The notes below the pieces were generated by a model. That model had not been told where the DNA came from. It saw only the letters and a program-made list of their open reading frames with translations, and searched no databases. The position numbers were made by a program, and so were the translations under genes. A stretch of 63,746 bases of DNA, the filler included, from Octopus bimaculoides (lineage: Eukaryota): NCBI RefSeq assembly GCF_001194135.2. It is 7 parts of 6 records of this genome, joined end to end, with 100 filler letters (N's around TTAATTAATTAA, not from the genome) between each part and the next. Parts side by side here need not be neighbours in the genome. Positions count along the whole stretch, not along the records: positions 24,919 to 43,224 come from NC_069001.1; positions 43,325 to 56,178 come from NC_068985.1; 5 more parts are not named here. One strand, 5' to 3'. Below are positions 38,440-51,725 of this stretch, piece by piece (within the stretch, counting starts at the first letter, position 1; every line of letters begins with the position of its first letter).

Positions 38440-39160
38440 TTCAGGAGCAGCGTGTTCTTTGAGTTTTCTTCTGTAAACTGAAGAGAATCTTCTGGTAAGT
38501 TCGTGTGAGCAAAAATTAAAGAAATCCTGCTATGAAATTAGATGGGGAAAAAGAATCATTTATTATATCAGGGGTTTGGTTGGTGCGGGGGAGTCCATAA
38601 TAGCTTTTCTAATTTGCAAATGGCTTGGTCTTGCCTTAATCTATCAGTCACTTTGGTTTGATATAAGAATCTTGTTACTGTTTAAGGTTCTAAAAAATCT
38701 ATACTCGATGAACACTTTTATCCATGGCCACATATCAAGTGGATGCTAGTTTGTGTTTATATTTTCCGAACATAGTCACAATACAGATTGAGAAACATGA
38801 GGCGTCTTCCGAAAGTTTTGAGCCTTTATTCGGATTGGCAGTTATACCAATCCTAGGTTATTGTAAGTTTAGTATAATATGCGTCTAATAAGCCGACCTA
38901 ACCACTTTTTAATTTCGTAACAGCATTTTGAACACACCCTCCTAAAACGAGAAAATTGTTAACTATGCAGATTTGAGAATACTGGTAGAGAGAGCAAGGA
39001 ATTTGACAGCAAGAATGGTACCAATTGCGACTGGAACTCTTGAGTGGTAAGTAAAAGCCTTCAGAAACCTTGACATCATTGGGTTTGTTCCAGAATTACA
39101 ACTTTGCAAAAGACAACACTTTTGGAAACAGCAAGTATCTTGCGGAAGAGTACTTTTATT
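38440..39160 (+). mobile_element. R4/Dong-like non-LTR retrotransposon 3' ORF relic
   Basis: Remnants HISSGC, YADLRILVE...MVPIATGTL and LQKTTLLETASILRK match the C-terminal zinc knuckle / REL endonuclease region of R4-clade elements. Confidence 0.6.
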
Positions 39161-41232
39161 TGAGGTTACATAACAAGACAGGGGGTCAGTTAAACGATCC
39201 AGGTTTCACAAGATCATCACTGCGCGCAGGGTCAGCAAACTTTTAAGCAGGACGGGTGTTAGTTGATTACAATGTCCTCAGAACTTGTCTGGTATTTCAC
39301 TGATTCGACCCCGGAAGGATGGAAGGCAAAGTTGAACTCTAATGAAAGTACGAGTTAAAAGAGAGTGGCGGGCTGGAGAGCAACTAAGCAGACGGCAAGG
39401 AAGAGGATGTGAACGTAGAGCGTGAGATTTTTAAAAGTACAAAAGCAGGCTTCCTCAGGAACATGCTGATGAAATCAACTTCAAATATAATTATAACAGG
39501 GAGCCAACTAATGCATATTTAATAAAAGGAACAATATTTAATAGACCTGAGATTGTATGTCCGTGTGTGTAAATATGTATGTATACAAGTATGTACGAGT
39601 GTATGTTTCTATGAGTGTCTGCATGTAAATACGAACTTATGTATGTATGTATGTATGTACGTATGTACGTATGTATGTATGTACGTACGTAGGACTCTTG
39701 CTGCCATATTCGTCATCCTTCTATATATGTATGTGTATATGTATGTAAGTGTGTATGTATGTATGTATGTGTTTTCAGGGATGTATGTATGTGCAGGGTT
39801 GTGTAAAGATATGACCTTGAGTGTATATAAACATGTATACATTTATGAAAAAAAATATATATATATATACACATGTATACATTTATGAAAATATATATAT
39901 ATATATATGTACACATGTATACATTTATGAAAATAAATGTATACAGATATGACTGTCATTTGACTGTGGCCATGCTGGAGCACCGCCTTTTAGTCGGACA
40001 AATCGACCCCTGTATAAATGTATAAATGTGAGGATATATATATCCATATATATATATATATATATANNNNNNNNNNNNNNNNNNNNNNNNNNNNNNNNNN
40101 NNNNNNNNNNNNNNNNNNNNNNNNNNNNNNNNNNNNNNNNNNNNNNNNNNNNNNNNNNNNNNNNNNNNNNNNNNNNNNNNNNNNNNNNNNNNNNNNNNNN
40201 NNNNNNNNNNNNNNNNNNNNNNNNNNNNNNNNNNNNNNNNNNNNNNNNNNNNNNNNNNNNNNNNNNNNNNNNNNNNNNNNNNNNNNNNNNNNNNNNNNNN
40301 NNNNNNNNNNNNNNNNNNNNNNNNNNNNNNNNNNNNNNNNNNNNNNNNNNNNNNNNNNNNNNNNNNNAAAAATGAGAATGTATGTCTGTGTCTGTGTGAT
40401 TGTGTGTGTGTGTCTGTGTGAATCCCTAAAACTCCAGAACTACATAACCAATTTCATTCAAATTTTACACATGCCTTACTTAGGGTCCCGGTTGTGTTTT
40501 AGTCCAAACACTTCTCAACTTCTTGCATAGTTCGAGCCCACAGCAACATAATATCTCATCCACTATTTAAGTATTGACGATTGACATGCGTGAAGTGCGG
40601 GCTGGCTAGTGTCAACACACACACACATCTACACATCTACACATACATATACATACCCGACGACTTGATTTTTTTTTATTAACCACACAGGGTCGAAACA
40701 CAGAGGGGACAACACAAGGACAGACAAAACACAAAAATAGGGAAAAAATAAAATCGAATGAAAAGAATGGTAATGATAAATGAAAAGGTGGAATGACGTC
40801 TACTCGAACCCCAAACTCCAGTTAACGTCATTGAACGTTTTTAGAAAAAAAAAATTTTGACACGTGTTATTTTATTTTTGTCTCTTTTCCTTTGTTGTGT
40901 GTTGCTTTTGTTCCATACTCAGTCGACAACAGACATGCGTGAAGTGCTGTGTGGCCAGTGTCAATACTAAATTTTATTTTCATTTCCATTAAAACAATAC
41001 ATATTTACAGTTCCGTTACCTGATGATAATTATCGCAGCAGTTACAAGGTTGCAAGGTAAAATATTAAATTCTTTGTCTCTCTGTACTAATTATTGTGGT
41101 ATTTACCGTTAAATTAGCAGTTCCATACATGTGCTATTTCGTTCATTAGCTTATATTTCGTTAATTTACACTGCATACAAAAATACGGACATACTATATA
41201 CATACAATTGCTTACAAAAATAGAGATTAATA

Positions 41233-41390
41233 TATTGGGTTGTCCAGAACGTTCGTGCCGATTTATAATAGCTTACCTTTCGACTTACTTGCCATGAAAC
41301 CACCACAATTCTGGGAGGAGGTTATTTTCAAGTTAAAAGAGAGATGGAGACGCATTGTGTAACAAAATGGTTCATATTTGGTTGATTAAA
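41233..41390 (+). mobile_element. Mariner-type MITE/terminal fragment
   Basis: Begins TATTGGGTTGTCCAGAACGTTCGTGCCGATTT, a mariner-like terminus. The other end was not found. Confidence 0.5.
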
Positions 41391-41394
41391 AATG

Positions 41395-41755
41395 TAATGG
41401 CAACTGTTCTGAGAATGGCATCAATTCGTTCTGCTTTGTTAGAGGCCTTGCAACGAGCTTTAGCCTTCACACTTCTCTTAACAAAACGAAGAGTCCTGTC
41501 AGAGGTCCCTGGTCGACCTGGGCGAGGTAATGTGAACTTCTTCCCCTCTCTGGTGAATTGTACAATCACTATTAAATGTGGAAAGCGGGATCCTACGGTC
41601 TTCTGCGATTTTACGTTAAGTCCACTTTCAGATTGACCGACAAAATGACCTCTTTGAAATTCGGATAGTTCTAAGGTTCGTTTTGTATGTGGCATCACTA
41701 AACTGTCGCATATAGAACCCGAAACATAAAAATGTCACTTAATAAAAAATATAAA
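41395..41755 (-). mobile_element. Tc1-family transposase N-terminal fragment
   Basis: MPHTKRTLELSEFQRGHFVG...PRPGRPGTSDRTLRFVKRSV: Tc1 paired-like HTH and GRP motif. Confidence 0.8.
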
Positions 41756-41975
41756 CTTCCGTCGTATATATGTATATATATATATATGTGTGTTTGTGTG
41801 TCTGTGTTTGTCCGCCCACCATCGCTTGACAACCGATGCTGGTGTGTTTACGTCCCCGTAACTTAGCGGTTTGGCAAAAAGAGACCGATAGAATAAGTCC
41901 TGGGGTCGATTTCCTCGACTAAAAGGCGGTGCTCCAGCATGGCCGCAGTCAAATGACTGAAACAAGTAAAAAGAA
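41756..41975 (+). mobile_element. SINE family C 3' half
   Basis: Matches 590-792 and 21735-22060. Confidence 0.9.
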
Positions 41976-42078
41976 TAAAAAAAAAGAGATAAAACCATGT
42001 TTTATGGGGTATCTATTTACCTCTGTCATGTGTATGTGTCTGTATGTGCGTGTATGTGTATATATATTTACACACACA

Positions 42079-42137
<59 letters not shown>

Positions 42138-42569
42138 CGATACATACATACATAGAAATATTGTTGCATCTACTGCTCGCAGCAGATGCCATACATTATG
42201 TAAATATGCATTCATTCATGTGAATTTAACTTTTTTAACGCTGTAAACTATATTGAGCTCTAGCCCCGTCGGTTGTTTGTCGAGCTCACAAACATCACAG
42301 CACTACATGTGTGTGAGCGTGTGTGTTAGTGTGTGTGTGTGTGTGAATGTATATGCTTGCAACAGAGGAATATCAGTGGCAGATGAAAAGCGTCCAGCGG
42401 CGACGGTGGAATCACCAGATCCGCGATTCCAAAGTATTTGCGCATTATATATCATTTTATGACTACTTTCTTTGTTCAAGTACATTACTGTATTTAACAC
42501 TGTATATTATAATATCTTTCTATAGTATGGCCATTAACCTTATTGATATACAAACCTATATAAGACAGC

Positions 42570-42780
42570 GAGCTGACAGAATCATTTGCACGCCGGTTTA
42601 AAGTGCTTACCACCATTTCATCCGTCTTTACGCTCTGAGTTCAAATGACGCTAACGCTGGTTTGCCTTTCATAATTTTGGAATTGATAAAATAAATACCA
42701 GCTAAGCTTTGGGGCTGGTGTAATCGACTCAACCCCATCTTCAAAAAGTGCTGGCCTTGTGCCAAATTTGAAACCAATAT
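42570..42780 (+). mobile_element. Old, diverged SINE family A copy
   Basis: gagctgacagaatcatttgcacgccgg...ctgagttcaaat...gcctttcat...ccttgtgccaaatttgaaacc. Confidence 0.7.
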
Positions 42781-42808
42781 ACAGATATATATATATTATT
42801 TATATAAA

Positions 42809-43125
42809 TGGATCAGTGGTTAGTGAGCCATTAAAGTAGGGAGTTCGATTTCTGGTCCGGGTTATTTGCTGTGTTCTTGAGACACTTTATTTCATGTTGC
42901 TCCAGTTCACTCAGCTGTAGAAATGAGTTATGACGTCACTGGTGCCAAGCTGTATCGGCCCTTTTACCTTTCCCTTGGATAACATCAGTGACATAGAGGG
43001 AGGAGGCTGGTATGCATGGGTGACTGCTGGTCTTCCATAAACAACCTTGCCCAGACTTGAACCTCGGCGAGTAACTTTCTAGTTGCAATCTTATGATCAG
43101 TCATGACGGAAGGAGGTCCTTCACC
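42809..43125 (+). mobile_element. CORE-type SINE family E
   Basis: Same body and tail as 24571-24818. Confidence 0.85.
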
Positions 43126-43499
43126 TTTTACATCTACTTACACACACGGATACACACACATGTGTATGTATATGTATATATGTATACACACACACAGACA
43201 TATATATATATATATATATATATANNNNNNNNNNNNNNNNNNNNNNNNNNNNNNNNNNNNNNNNNNNNTTAATTAATTAANNNNNNNNNNNNNNNNNNNN
43301 NNNNNNNNNNNNNNNNNNNNNNNNTATGTATATATACACATACATACATATATATAGTTGAAATTTACAGGAAAAACATATACAATATGTATATACATAT
43401 TATATAGGAAAGAGATTATGACTGCTTCAGTATATTCTCTTTTCCAAAGAGGAGAAATTTAATTTTTTTCCTTCATTTCGCATGTTTTTTTTTTTCTCC

Positions 43500-44060
43500 T
43501 CTCATCGAAACTCGGACTGAAATTCGGTTCAATTTTACACTCCTTTGATGACTTTCTAGATCTGCAAAGACTTTTGTTTAACTATGTCAGATGAATTTTG
43601 CTAAGACATTTCCGCAAATGTGATAGAGAAGTAAGCTTAACAGAGGATCATGGCGAACACCACTGATAACATTTTCTAGTTTGGCGTGAATTCTGTCGAC
43701 CACGGCATCATGTTGGATTCCGTTTGTTGTGAAACACGTAATTCATGGCATTAGCTTTCCACGGACTTCAATCTTGGATAATTATTTTGAGAAGTATGCT
43801 CTGGTCGACTTTCTTTATATCTGCTGAAGACAAGATAAAATACATCAGTGTTGCAACCCTCCCCCATATCATGCAGTGTGTTAGGCAGTCTCTACCATCA
43901 CGAAAACCATGTTGTTTGAGATCTAGAAGATGATTTTCTTTTCTAGGAAGGCAGTTATTTTTATCTCACTTCCCTCTTGGAGATTTTAATGGTATGAAAA
44001 GTTTGTGAAATCGGATGGTAATTCACTGCGTGCAACTTACTTCCCATTTGAAAAAACTGA
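43500..44060 (-). mobile_element. CR1/L2-like LINE reverse-transcriptase relic
   Basis: Minus strand LLDLKQHGFRDGRDCLT...NTDVFYLVFS..., matching the QHGFR.GRSCLT and DVIYLDFSKAFD motifs. Confidence 0.75.
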
Positions 44061-44089
44061 CATGACAGGCTGGGACAGCTAGGTCAGCA

Positions 44090-44275
44090 AGTTCGGGGGC
44101 TGGAGTCTGAGTCGATTATAACGACCCCCAGTGCTCAACTAGTACTTCTTTTATCGACTCTGCAAGGATGAAAGGCAAAGCTGACCTTGGCAGAATTTGA
44201 ACTCAAAACGTAAACGGACGAAATATCACTAAGCATTTTGCCAGGCATGCTGGCGATTCTGCCAGCTCGCCCACA
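44090..44275 (-). mobile_element. Diverged SINE family A copy
   Basis: gtcgattataacgacccccagtgctcaactagtac...ggatgaaaggcaaagctgacc...ttctgccagctcgcc. Confidence 0.8.
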
Positions 44276-44715
44276 GATATTAGCAGGAAGAGATATAAGT
44301 TGAGATATAAGAGGTCATCACCTTTTCAGGACACTTATGAAGTATTTGTTACGGCCCGCTACTGACTTGATATTAATTTTTATTGCCGCAGTTATATCTG
44401 CAGTACCGTAACTTAGATCATCGGAAAAGGAACCGATCGAGTAAGTAACAGACTTTAAAAAATATGAAGTAATAGGGTTCGATTTCATTGACTCTTCAAT
44501 TGGCTAAGCCCTTCAATCCGGTACCCCAGCAAGGCCGCCAACCCATTGACTGAAACAAGTAAAAGATTAAAAGAATAAAAGAACACAAATTGAAATTGTA
44601 TTTATTATCCCCCATGTCAATAAATATTTGTATTCTTTTTTTATTAATATCACTAAAATTAATACAATTAAACCTTGGGAGAGGCATTATGACATACGAA
44701 ACTAAAATTAATATT

Positions 44716-45338
44716 ATTTTATACTCTAGGCACAAGGCCCGAAATTTTGAGAGAAGAGGTCAGTCGATTAGATCGACCTCAGTACGCAACTGGTACTTAA
44801 TTTATCGACCCCGAAAGGATGAAAGGTGGAATTTGAACTCAGAACATAAAGACAGGTGAAATACCGCTAAGCATTTCGCCCGGCGTGCTAACGTTTCTGC
44901 CAGCTCACCGCCTTTAATATTCTTTTCTACTCTAAGCACAAGGCCTGAAATTTTGGGGGAGGAGGCCGGTCGATTAGCTCGACCTCAGTAGGCAGCTGGT
45001 AGTTAATTTATCGACCCCGAGAAGATGAAAGGCAAAGTCGACTTCGGCGGAATTTGAACTGAGAACGTAAAGAAAGATGAAATACCGCTAGGCATTTCAC
45101 CCGGCGTGCTAACGTTCCTTATTTCTTTATTGCCCACAAGGGGCTAAACATAGAAGGGACAAACAAGGACAGACAAAGGGATTAAGTCGATTACATCGAC
45201 CCCAGTGCGTAACTGGTACTTAATTTATCGACCCCAAACGGATGAAAAGCAAAGTCGACCTCGGCGTAACGGCAGACGAAATTCCGCTAAACATTTCGCC
45301 CGGCGTGCTAACGTTTCTGCCATCTCGCCGCCTTATCG
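44716..45338 (-). mobile_element. Head-to-tail array of three SINE family A units (monomer 44716-44912 + composite dimer 44922-45338)
   Basis: The array is flanked by the exact 14-bp repeat CTAAAATTAATATT (44702-44715, 45339-45352), with an internal TTAATATT at 44914-44921. Two tail types are present. Confidence 0.92.
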
Positions 45339-46538
45339 CTAAAATTAATATTGCTGAAAACTATTTCACACGTTTTACAAGATTTCAATTTGTACGGTGA
45401 TTGGCGGAACCGATTTTACCGTGTAAACTTGTCAGTATAACACTTTGGGGGTTCTAACATTGAAATTATAAATGGAACTCGACATGCTAAAAGAAATACC
45501 AAAGAAGCCATGTGTAATCAAAGTTGCTCTTCTTATTCAGAGATACGTTTGCACATGATTCAGGTAAAATAACTTTTCAGTGAAACAGTGTCCTTTGTTA
45601 TACACTGGCAAGATCCAACATAACCTGATTGAAAGGTCATAAAATAACCGTTTAAGAATGACCTGAAAGTAGCCCCGAGGTTAACCAGATAGAAAATCTC
45701 AGATGCAACAAATTGATTTCAGTTTCCAAAGCGAGCAACAAAATTAAATTAACTGAAATAATTATTCATGCGTGGATTAGAATCATAAATCTTGCATAGC
45801 TGAAAAAATTATTCGTGCATGTTTTAAAATCATAAATCTTGAGTAACTGAAAAAATTTATCATTTCCATGCTCAGAAGAATTGATGCATGCAATAATCGC
45901 AGCAAAAGTTTTTCCTACTAAATACAATTACAAAATGCCTTTACCATGATATTGTTTTATATGATGTTTCATATACCTTTAGACTGAGCTGACATACAAA
46001 TAATTTTTGGAGTATTTTAAACCTCAAACTTGTTATATTCTGTTAAAAAAAAAACACACTATTAGTTTTAAAGAGAACATTAAAATAAAATAATTATGAG
46101 CAGAAAAAAGGAATAAGGCCAGCAAGCAACAGTCAGGCAAGCGTCTAGAATTTTGACCAATATGTGTGCGTATATNNNNNNNNNNNNNNNNNNNNNNNNN
46201 NNNNNNNNNNNNNNNNNNNNNNNNNNNNNNNNNNNNNNNNNNNNNNNNNNNNNNNNNNNNNNNNNNNNNNNNNNNNNNNNNNNNNNNNNNNNNNNNNNNN
46301 NNNNNNNNNNNNNNNNNNNNNNNNNNNNNNNNNNNNNNNNNNNNNNNNNNNNNNNNNNNNNNNNNNNNNNNNNNNNNNNNNNNNNNNNNNNNNNNNNNNN
46401 NNNNNNNNNNNNNNNNNNNAAAATATTTGGAAAGATATTATTGACTCGATTATTATCTAGTGTAACAATTAAAAATGATAATAACAGAATCAATAATATA
46501 ATATTTCTCCCGAATTATTTGCTCCGTATTGAAATTAT

Positions 46539-46755
46539 TCTTTTCTACTCTAGGCACAAAGCCCGAAATTTTTTAGGAGGGGGCCAGTCGATTAGATCGA
46601 CCCCAGTACGCAACTGGTACTTAATTTATCGACCCCGAAAGAATGAACGGCAAAGTCGACCTCGGCGGAATTTGAACTCAGAACGTAAAGACAGACGAAA
46701 TACCTCTAAGCATTTCGCCCGGCGTGCTAACGTTTCTTATTTCTTTATTGCCCAC
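46539..46755 (-). mobile_element. 5'-truncated composite SINE A (tail-1 unit plus ~21-nt stub of tail-2 unit) with 10-bp TSD
   Basis: TTGAAATTAT at 46529-46538 and 46756-46765. Junction ctaacgtt|tcttatttctttattgcccac. Confidence 0.9.
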
Positions 46756-49074
46756 TTGAAATTATAGATGTCTTTAGCTAGTTTATTCGAATTACGTCAT
46801 TTTTAATATAGAATATGTATGTAAATTGTAACGACACTTAAATGAATTGGAATAGATCCAATGTAACCACGCGTATTATTTGCTGTAATGAAGCTATACA
46901 TTTAGATAACGTTTTGTGCCAAATAGTTACCCTTAAGAGGACAGTAGAAGTCGTTCTACACTTACAATTTAAGATATTATTTTGTAAATAGAAGAAAATG
47001 CGATTTTCCTTTTATATTACAGTACGTTAATTCTCAAGTGTATTATTAAACTCAAACCATTTCAAAATAGTTTATTCAAGTCCATAAGGTACACAATTTA
47101 CAAAAATCCATCAAAGTACATAATTACAAACCAGTTTCACTTCTTACAGAAGATATTCATGGCAATGTATGTGCGTAATGGCTTATCATTTGTCTTTTGT
47201 ATATAATGCGTCTATTGGAAGTAGCCTAGGTTAAACCTAATATTGTATATGATAATAGATCCAAATTAAGTTGGTATGTATGTTTTTTTTTGTACTTTTA
47301 CTAGTCAAAAAATAGAAGGGAAATATAACATAAACAATTTTTAAAATGGCTAAGAAATAGGTACCAGTATTTGGTTAATGGTTTAAACCTGATTTATATT
47401 TTACAATAAAAACGTTTCTTTATTGATTCTTTGTTGTAATATTTTCTGCATATTGATATAGTGGTAAAAGTTCAAAATTTGGTTGTTGAAATCCTGCACA
47501 TCTATCAAAATGCTTACTGTGTCAAATTTTTAAAGTATTTGGATCACATATTTGTTGACGGTGAACCGTAATGCATTTTCTAAGTGACATGATTTGGCCA
47601 ATGTAATAGGTGCCAGTTGCAGCATGTTATGACATAAATAAAGTTGCTGTAATTTTGCTACACAAATAAATAATTTTTGGTATTAACCTGTTAGCTCTAA
47701 GACATCATGTGCAATTCTGAAGGCTTCAAGTTGTGCTTCAAAGTCGGGTAAATTTTGAAAGAAAAAATAACTTTTCCGTTTTATTTTGATAACCTTAAGA
47801 AGAAAAAAACATAACGGAGATAATGAAAGATTCTAACCAAACAAATCAATGAAGACAAAAGACTAGTGTATCTTGGCATCCAGCGGGTAATGTTGTTGAT
47901 GTCTTTCATGCACACTTAATACCAATAAAAATGAAACAACGAAACAAGCTACAGAGTATGTGGGTAACAGAAGACCCTTATAAAAACTGAACAAAATCTG
48001 AAAGACTATAATTCTTCGATGTTATCAAGAAATCGTCTGAACTGTCTCACGTCTGGCAATTCTCTCACCAAAAGTGCAAGCTCAGGGTTGTTAAGAGAAA
48101 TAGCATTAAATGTACAAAAAGGTGAATAGTGTTGTATAGTAAGTTCAATTAACAGCCTTATGAGTTTAACCGTGGGGAGCAAAGTCAATGGGTTGAACTA
48201 GATCTAGAAAATACTAAAGTTCAGCGACCCGCTACCTATGTATTCTGTCAGATAATGATCTTCCCTGCGGATAGAGGAGCTTTCAGTTTGTCAGATTGCT
48301 TCAGAATTACTGAGTTATACACAGATAAGTCTTGAATTTTACGTCTATGAATGTATGTGTATTTATGCATGTGTATGTAGGTGTATGCATATGTGTGTGT
48401 GTGTGTGTGNNNNNNNNNNNNNNNNNNNNNNNNNNNNNNNNNNNNNNNNNNNNNNNNNNNNNNNNNNNNNNNNNNNNNNNNNNNNNNNNNNNNNNNNNNN
48501 NNNNNNNNNNNNNNNNNNNNNNNNNNNNNNNNNNNNNNNNNNNNNNNNNNNNNNNNNNNNNNNNNNNNNNNNNNNNNNNNNNNNNNNNNNNNNNNNNNNN
48601 NNNNNNNNNNNNNNNNNNNNNNNNNNNNNNNNNNNNNNNNNNNNNNNNNNNNNNNNNNNNNNNNNNNNNNNNNNNNNNNNNNNNNNNNNNNNNNNNNNNN
48701 NNNNNNNNNNNNNNNNNNNNNNNNNNNNNNNNNNNNNNNNNNNNNNNNNNNNNNNNNNNNNNNNNNNNNNNNNNNNNNNNNNNNNNNNNNNNNNNNNNNN
48801 NNNNNNNNNNNNNNNNNNNNNNNNNNNNNNNNNNNNNNNNNNNNNNNNNNNNNNNNNNNNNNNNNNNNNNNNNNNNNNNNNNNNNNNNNNNNNNNNNNNN
48901 NNNNNNNNNNNNNNNNNNNNNNNNNNNNNNNNNNNNNNNNNNNNNNNNNNNNNNNNNNNNNNNNNNNNNNNNNNNNNNNNNNNNNNNNNNNNNNNNNNNN
49001 NNNNNNNATATATATATATATATATACATATATATAATATATAAATACATATGCATATACGTATATATATATAT

Positions 49075-49105
<31 letters not shown>

Positions 49106-49321
49106 AACATATATTTATGTGTGCATATTTATATATATATATATAGAGAGATGTATATAAATAAATAGATATGAACACAAATACATATACATACACACTC
49201 CTACACATTTATTTACACAATCGAAAGATCTATTGAATACAATATTTGCTGCAGATTTTGTTTATAAGCAGAGTTAATGATTCTCTAGAATGTCTCTTTA
49301 AGCTCCACACAAACACGCAGA

Positions 49322-49423
<102 letters not shown>

Positions 49424-49571
49424 TACACACATGCGCATGCGCATGCACACCGACACACCTACACCTACTCATGCATAGGCAGACACACGCAAAAACATCT
49501 GCGATATTTCTGATGCCTTTCATAAAAGGAATCTGGAAGATTGCAAATGGCTCACTTTTGTGTAAATCCGT

Positions 49572-50515
49572 ATGAAGAACATTAGCAGCTCATTATCACT
49601 TCACCCATGCATGCATGCATGTATATATGCATGTATGCATGTATGTATGTATGTATGTATGTATGTATGCATGTATGCATGTATGTATGTACGTATGTAT
49701 GTATGTATGTATGTATGTATGTATGTATGTATGTATGCATGTATGTATGTATGTATNNNNNNNNNNNNNNNNNNNNNNNNNNNNNNNNNNNNNNNNNNNN
49801 NNNNNNNNNNNNNNNNNNNNNNNNNNNNNNNNNNNNNNNNNNNNNNNNNNNNNNNNNNNNNNNNNNNNNNNNNNNNNNNNNNNNNNNNNNNNNNNNNNNN
49901 NNNNNNNNNNNNNNNNNNNNNNNNNNNNNNNNNNNNNNNNNNNNNNNNNNNNNNNNNNNNNNNNNNNNNNNNNNNNNNNNNNNNNNNNNNNNNNNNNNNN
50001 NNNNNNNNNNNNNNNNNNNNNNNNNNNNNNNNNNNNNNNNNNNNNNNNNNNNNNNNNNNNNNNNNNNNNNNNNNNNNNNNNNNNNNNNNNNNNNNNNNNN
50101 NNNNNNNNNNNNNNNNNNNNNNNNNNNNNNNNNNNNNNNNNNNNNNNNNNNNNNNNNNNNNNNNNNNNNNNNNNNNNNNNNNNNNNNNNNNNNNNNNNNN
50201 NNNNNNNNNNNNNNNNNNNNNNNNNNNNNNNNNNNNNNNNNNNNNNNNNNNNNNNNNNNNNNNNNNNNNNNNNNNNNNNNNNNNNNNNNNNNNNNNNNNN
50301 NNNNNNNNNNNNNNNNNNNNNNNNNNNNNNNNNNNNNNNNNGTATGTATGTATGTACGTATGTATGTATGTATGTATGTATGTATGTGTGTATGTATGTA
50401 TGTATGTATGTATGTACGTATGTATGTACGTATGTATGTATGTATGTATGCATGTATGTATGTATGTATGCATGTATGTATGTATGTATGTATGCATGCA
50501 TGTATGTAATGTGTG
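49572..50515. repeat. (ATGT)n tetranucleotide microsatellite spanning a gap
   Basis: Directly visible on both sides of the N run. Similar (AT)n, (AC)n, (AG)n, (ATT)n and (ATAG)n tracts flank most gaps in the window. Confidence 0.95.
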
Positions 50516-50629
50516 TGTGTGTGTGTGTAGATGTACATAAACGTATATCTATCTATCTATTTATCTATCTATGTGTGTTTATACACATACATACACACAC
50601 ACACACACACACACGTGCACATATTCTTT

Positions 50630-50900
50630 ATTCTTTCTTTTATTCTTTTATTTGTTTCAGTCATTTGACTGCGGCCATGCTGGAGCATCGCCTTTTAGTC
50701 GAGCAAATCGACCCCAGCACTTATTCTTTGTAAGCCTAGTACTTATTCTATCGATTTCTTTTTGCCGAGCCGCTATATTACGGGGACGTAAACACACCAA
50801 CATCGATTGTCAAGCGATGGTGATGGGGGACAAACACAGACACAAAGACACTCACACACATAAATATATACATATGTATATAGGTATATACGACGGGCGG
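50630..50900 (-). mobile_element. SINE family C 3' half
   Basis: Reverse complement of the family C tail and middle. Confidence 0.9.
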
Positions 50901-51071
50901 ACACACCCACCCACACACACACACACACACGCGCACACACATACACACACACACAGATATATATGGCTTCGGAAAAATAGTTAAACGTAGCAGTACTTAA
51001 TAAATGTGCAATATATACATCATTTGTATTTCTAATATTTTTAATTTTGTATCTTTATTTGTTTAATATAT

Positions 51072-51388
51072 ATACGAGGTGCGTATGCAGCTTTATTTTA
51101 CCCGCCAAAGCTAATGCTGTGTGGCCATAATCCATTGGATGGGCGATGACAGCACCCTTCCTGCGCATATGTGAACATTTTCGCGTCGGTAGGCCGCATC
51201 AGTTCTCGGGTTTTACGTCTGGAGTACAGACGTGTAGTACGCGTTCGTTGGATCTTGGTTTTCACTGAACGCATCGATCTGAGATATCGCATCAAGTTTT
51301 ACCAAAAGCTTGGTAATATACGAACTCAAACCATCCAGAAGATTCATCAGGTCTTTGGCGAGGGTACCATGGGCAAATATCAAATAAA
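51072..51388 (+). mobile_element. Mariner 5' fragment (transposase HTH)
   Basis: Starts TA-CGAGGTG. ERIDLRYRIKFYQKLGNIRTQTIQKIHQVFGEGTMGKYQIK matches the mariner N-terminal HTH. Ends at a SINE head. Confidence 0.75.
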
Positions 51389-51522
51389 GGCGGCGAGCTG
51401 GCAGAATCGTTAGCACGCCGGGCGAAATCCTTAGCGGTATTTCGTCTGCTACTACGTTCTGAGTTCAAATTCCGTCGAGGTCGACTTTGCGTTTCATCCT
51501 TTCTGGGTCGATTAAATAAGGA
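51389..51522 (+). mobile_element. SINE family A 5' half
   Basis: ggcggcgagctggcagaatcgttagcacgccgggcgaaat...ctgagttcaaattccg. Confidence 0.9.
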
Positions 51523-51725
51523 TAAATGTGCTTACCGACCACGCCAACACACCCACTCATTCTTGCTTTCAAATTCAAGAACTGTTATTTCAAAGCGGTT
51601 AATATGCAAGCATGTGCGAATTCTGCATGAATCAGGAAACGGTGGCGAATGAGGTTTTTAAATAGAATTATGAGCCTTCACTGTATACTGACTAAAGAAA
51701 ATAGTCTAATGTGTATGTATATATA

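Noticed and set aside
40583-40967. 36-bp imperfect direct repeat GACATGCGTGAAGTGC...AGTGTCAA(C/T)AC, ~350 bp apart
   Set aside because: Only two copies around unrelated SINE and microsatellite sequence. Not a CRISPR-like array or LTR pair; likely a small local duplication.
47300-48200. Possible piggyBac-like transposase remnant on minus
   Set aside because: Only vague Cys/His C-terminal resemblance through many stops; no clear TTAA-flanked TIR pair.
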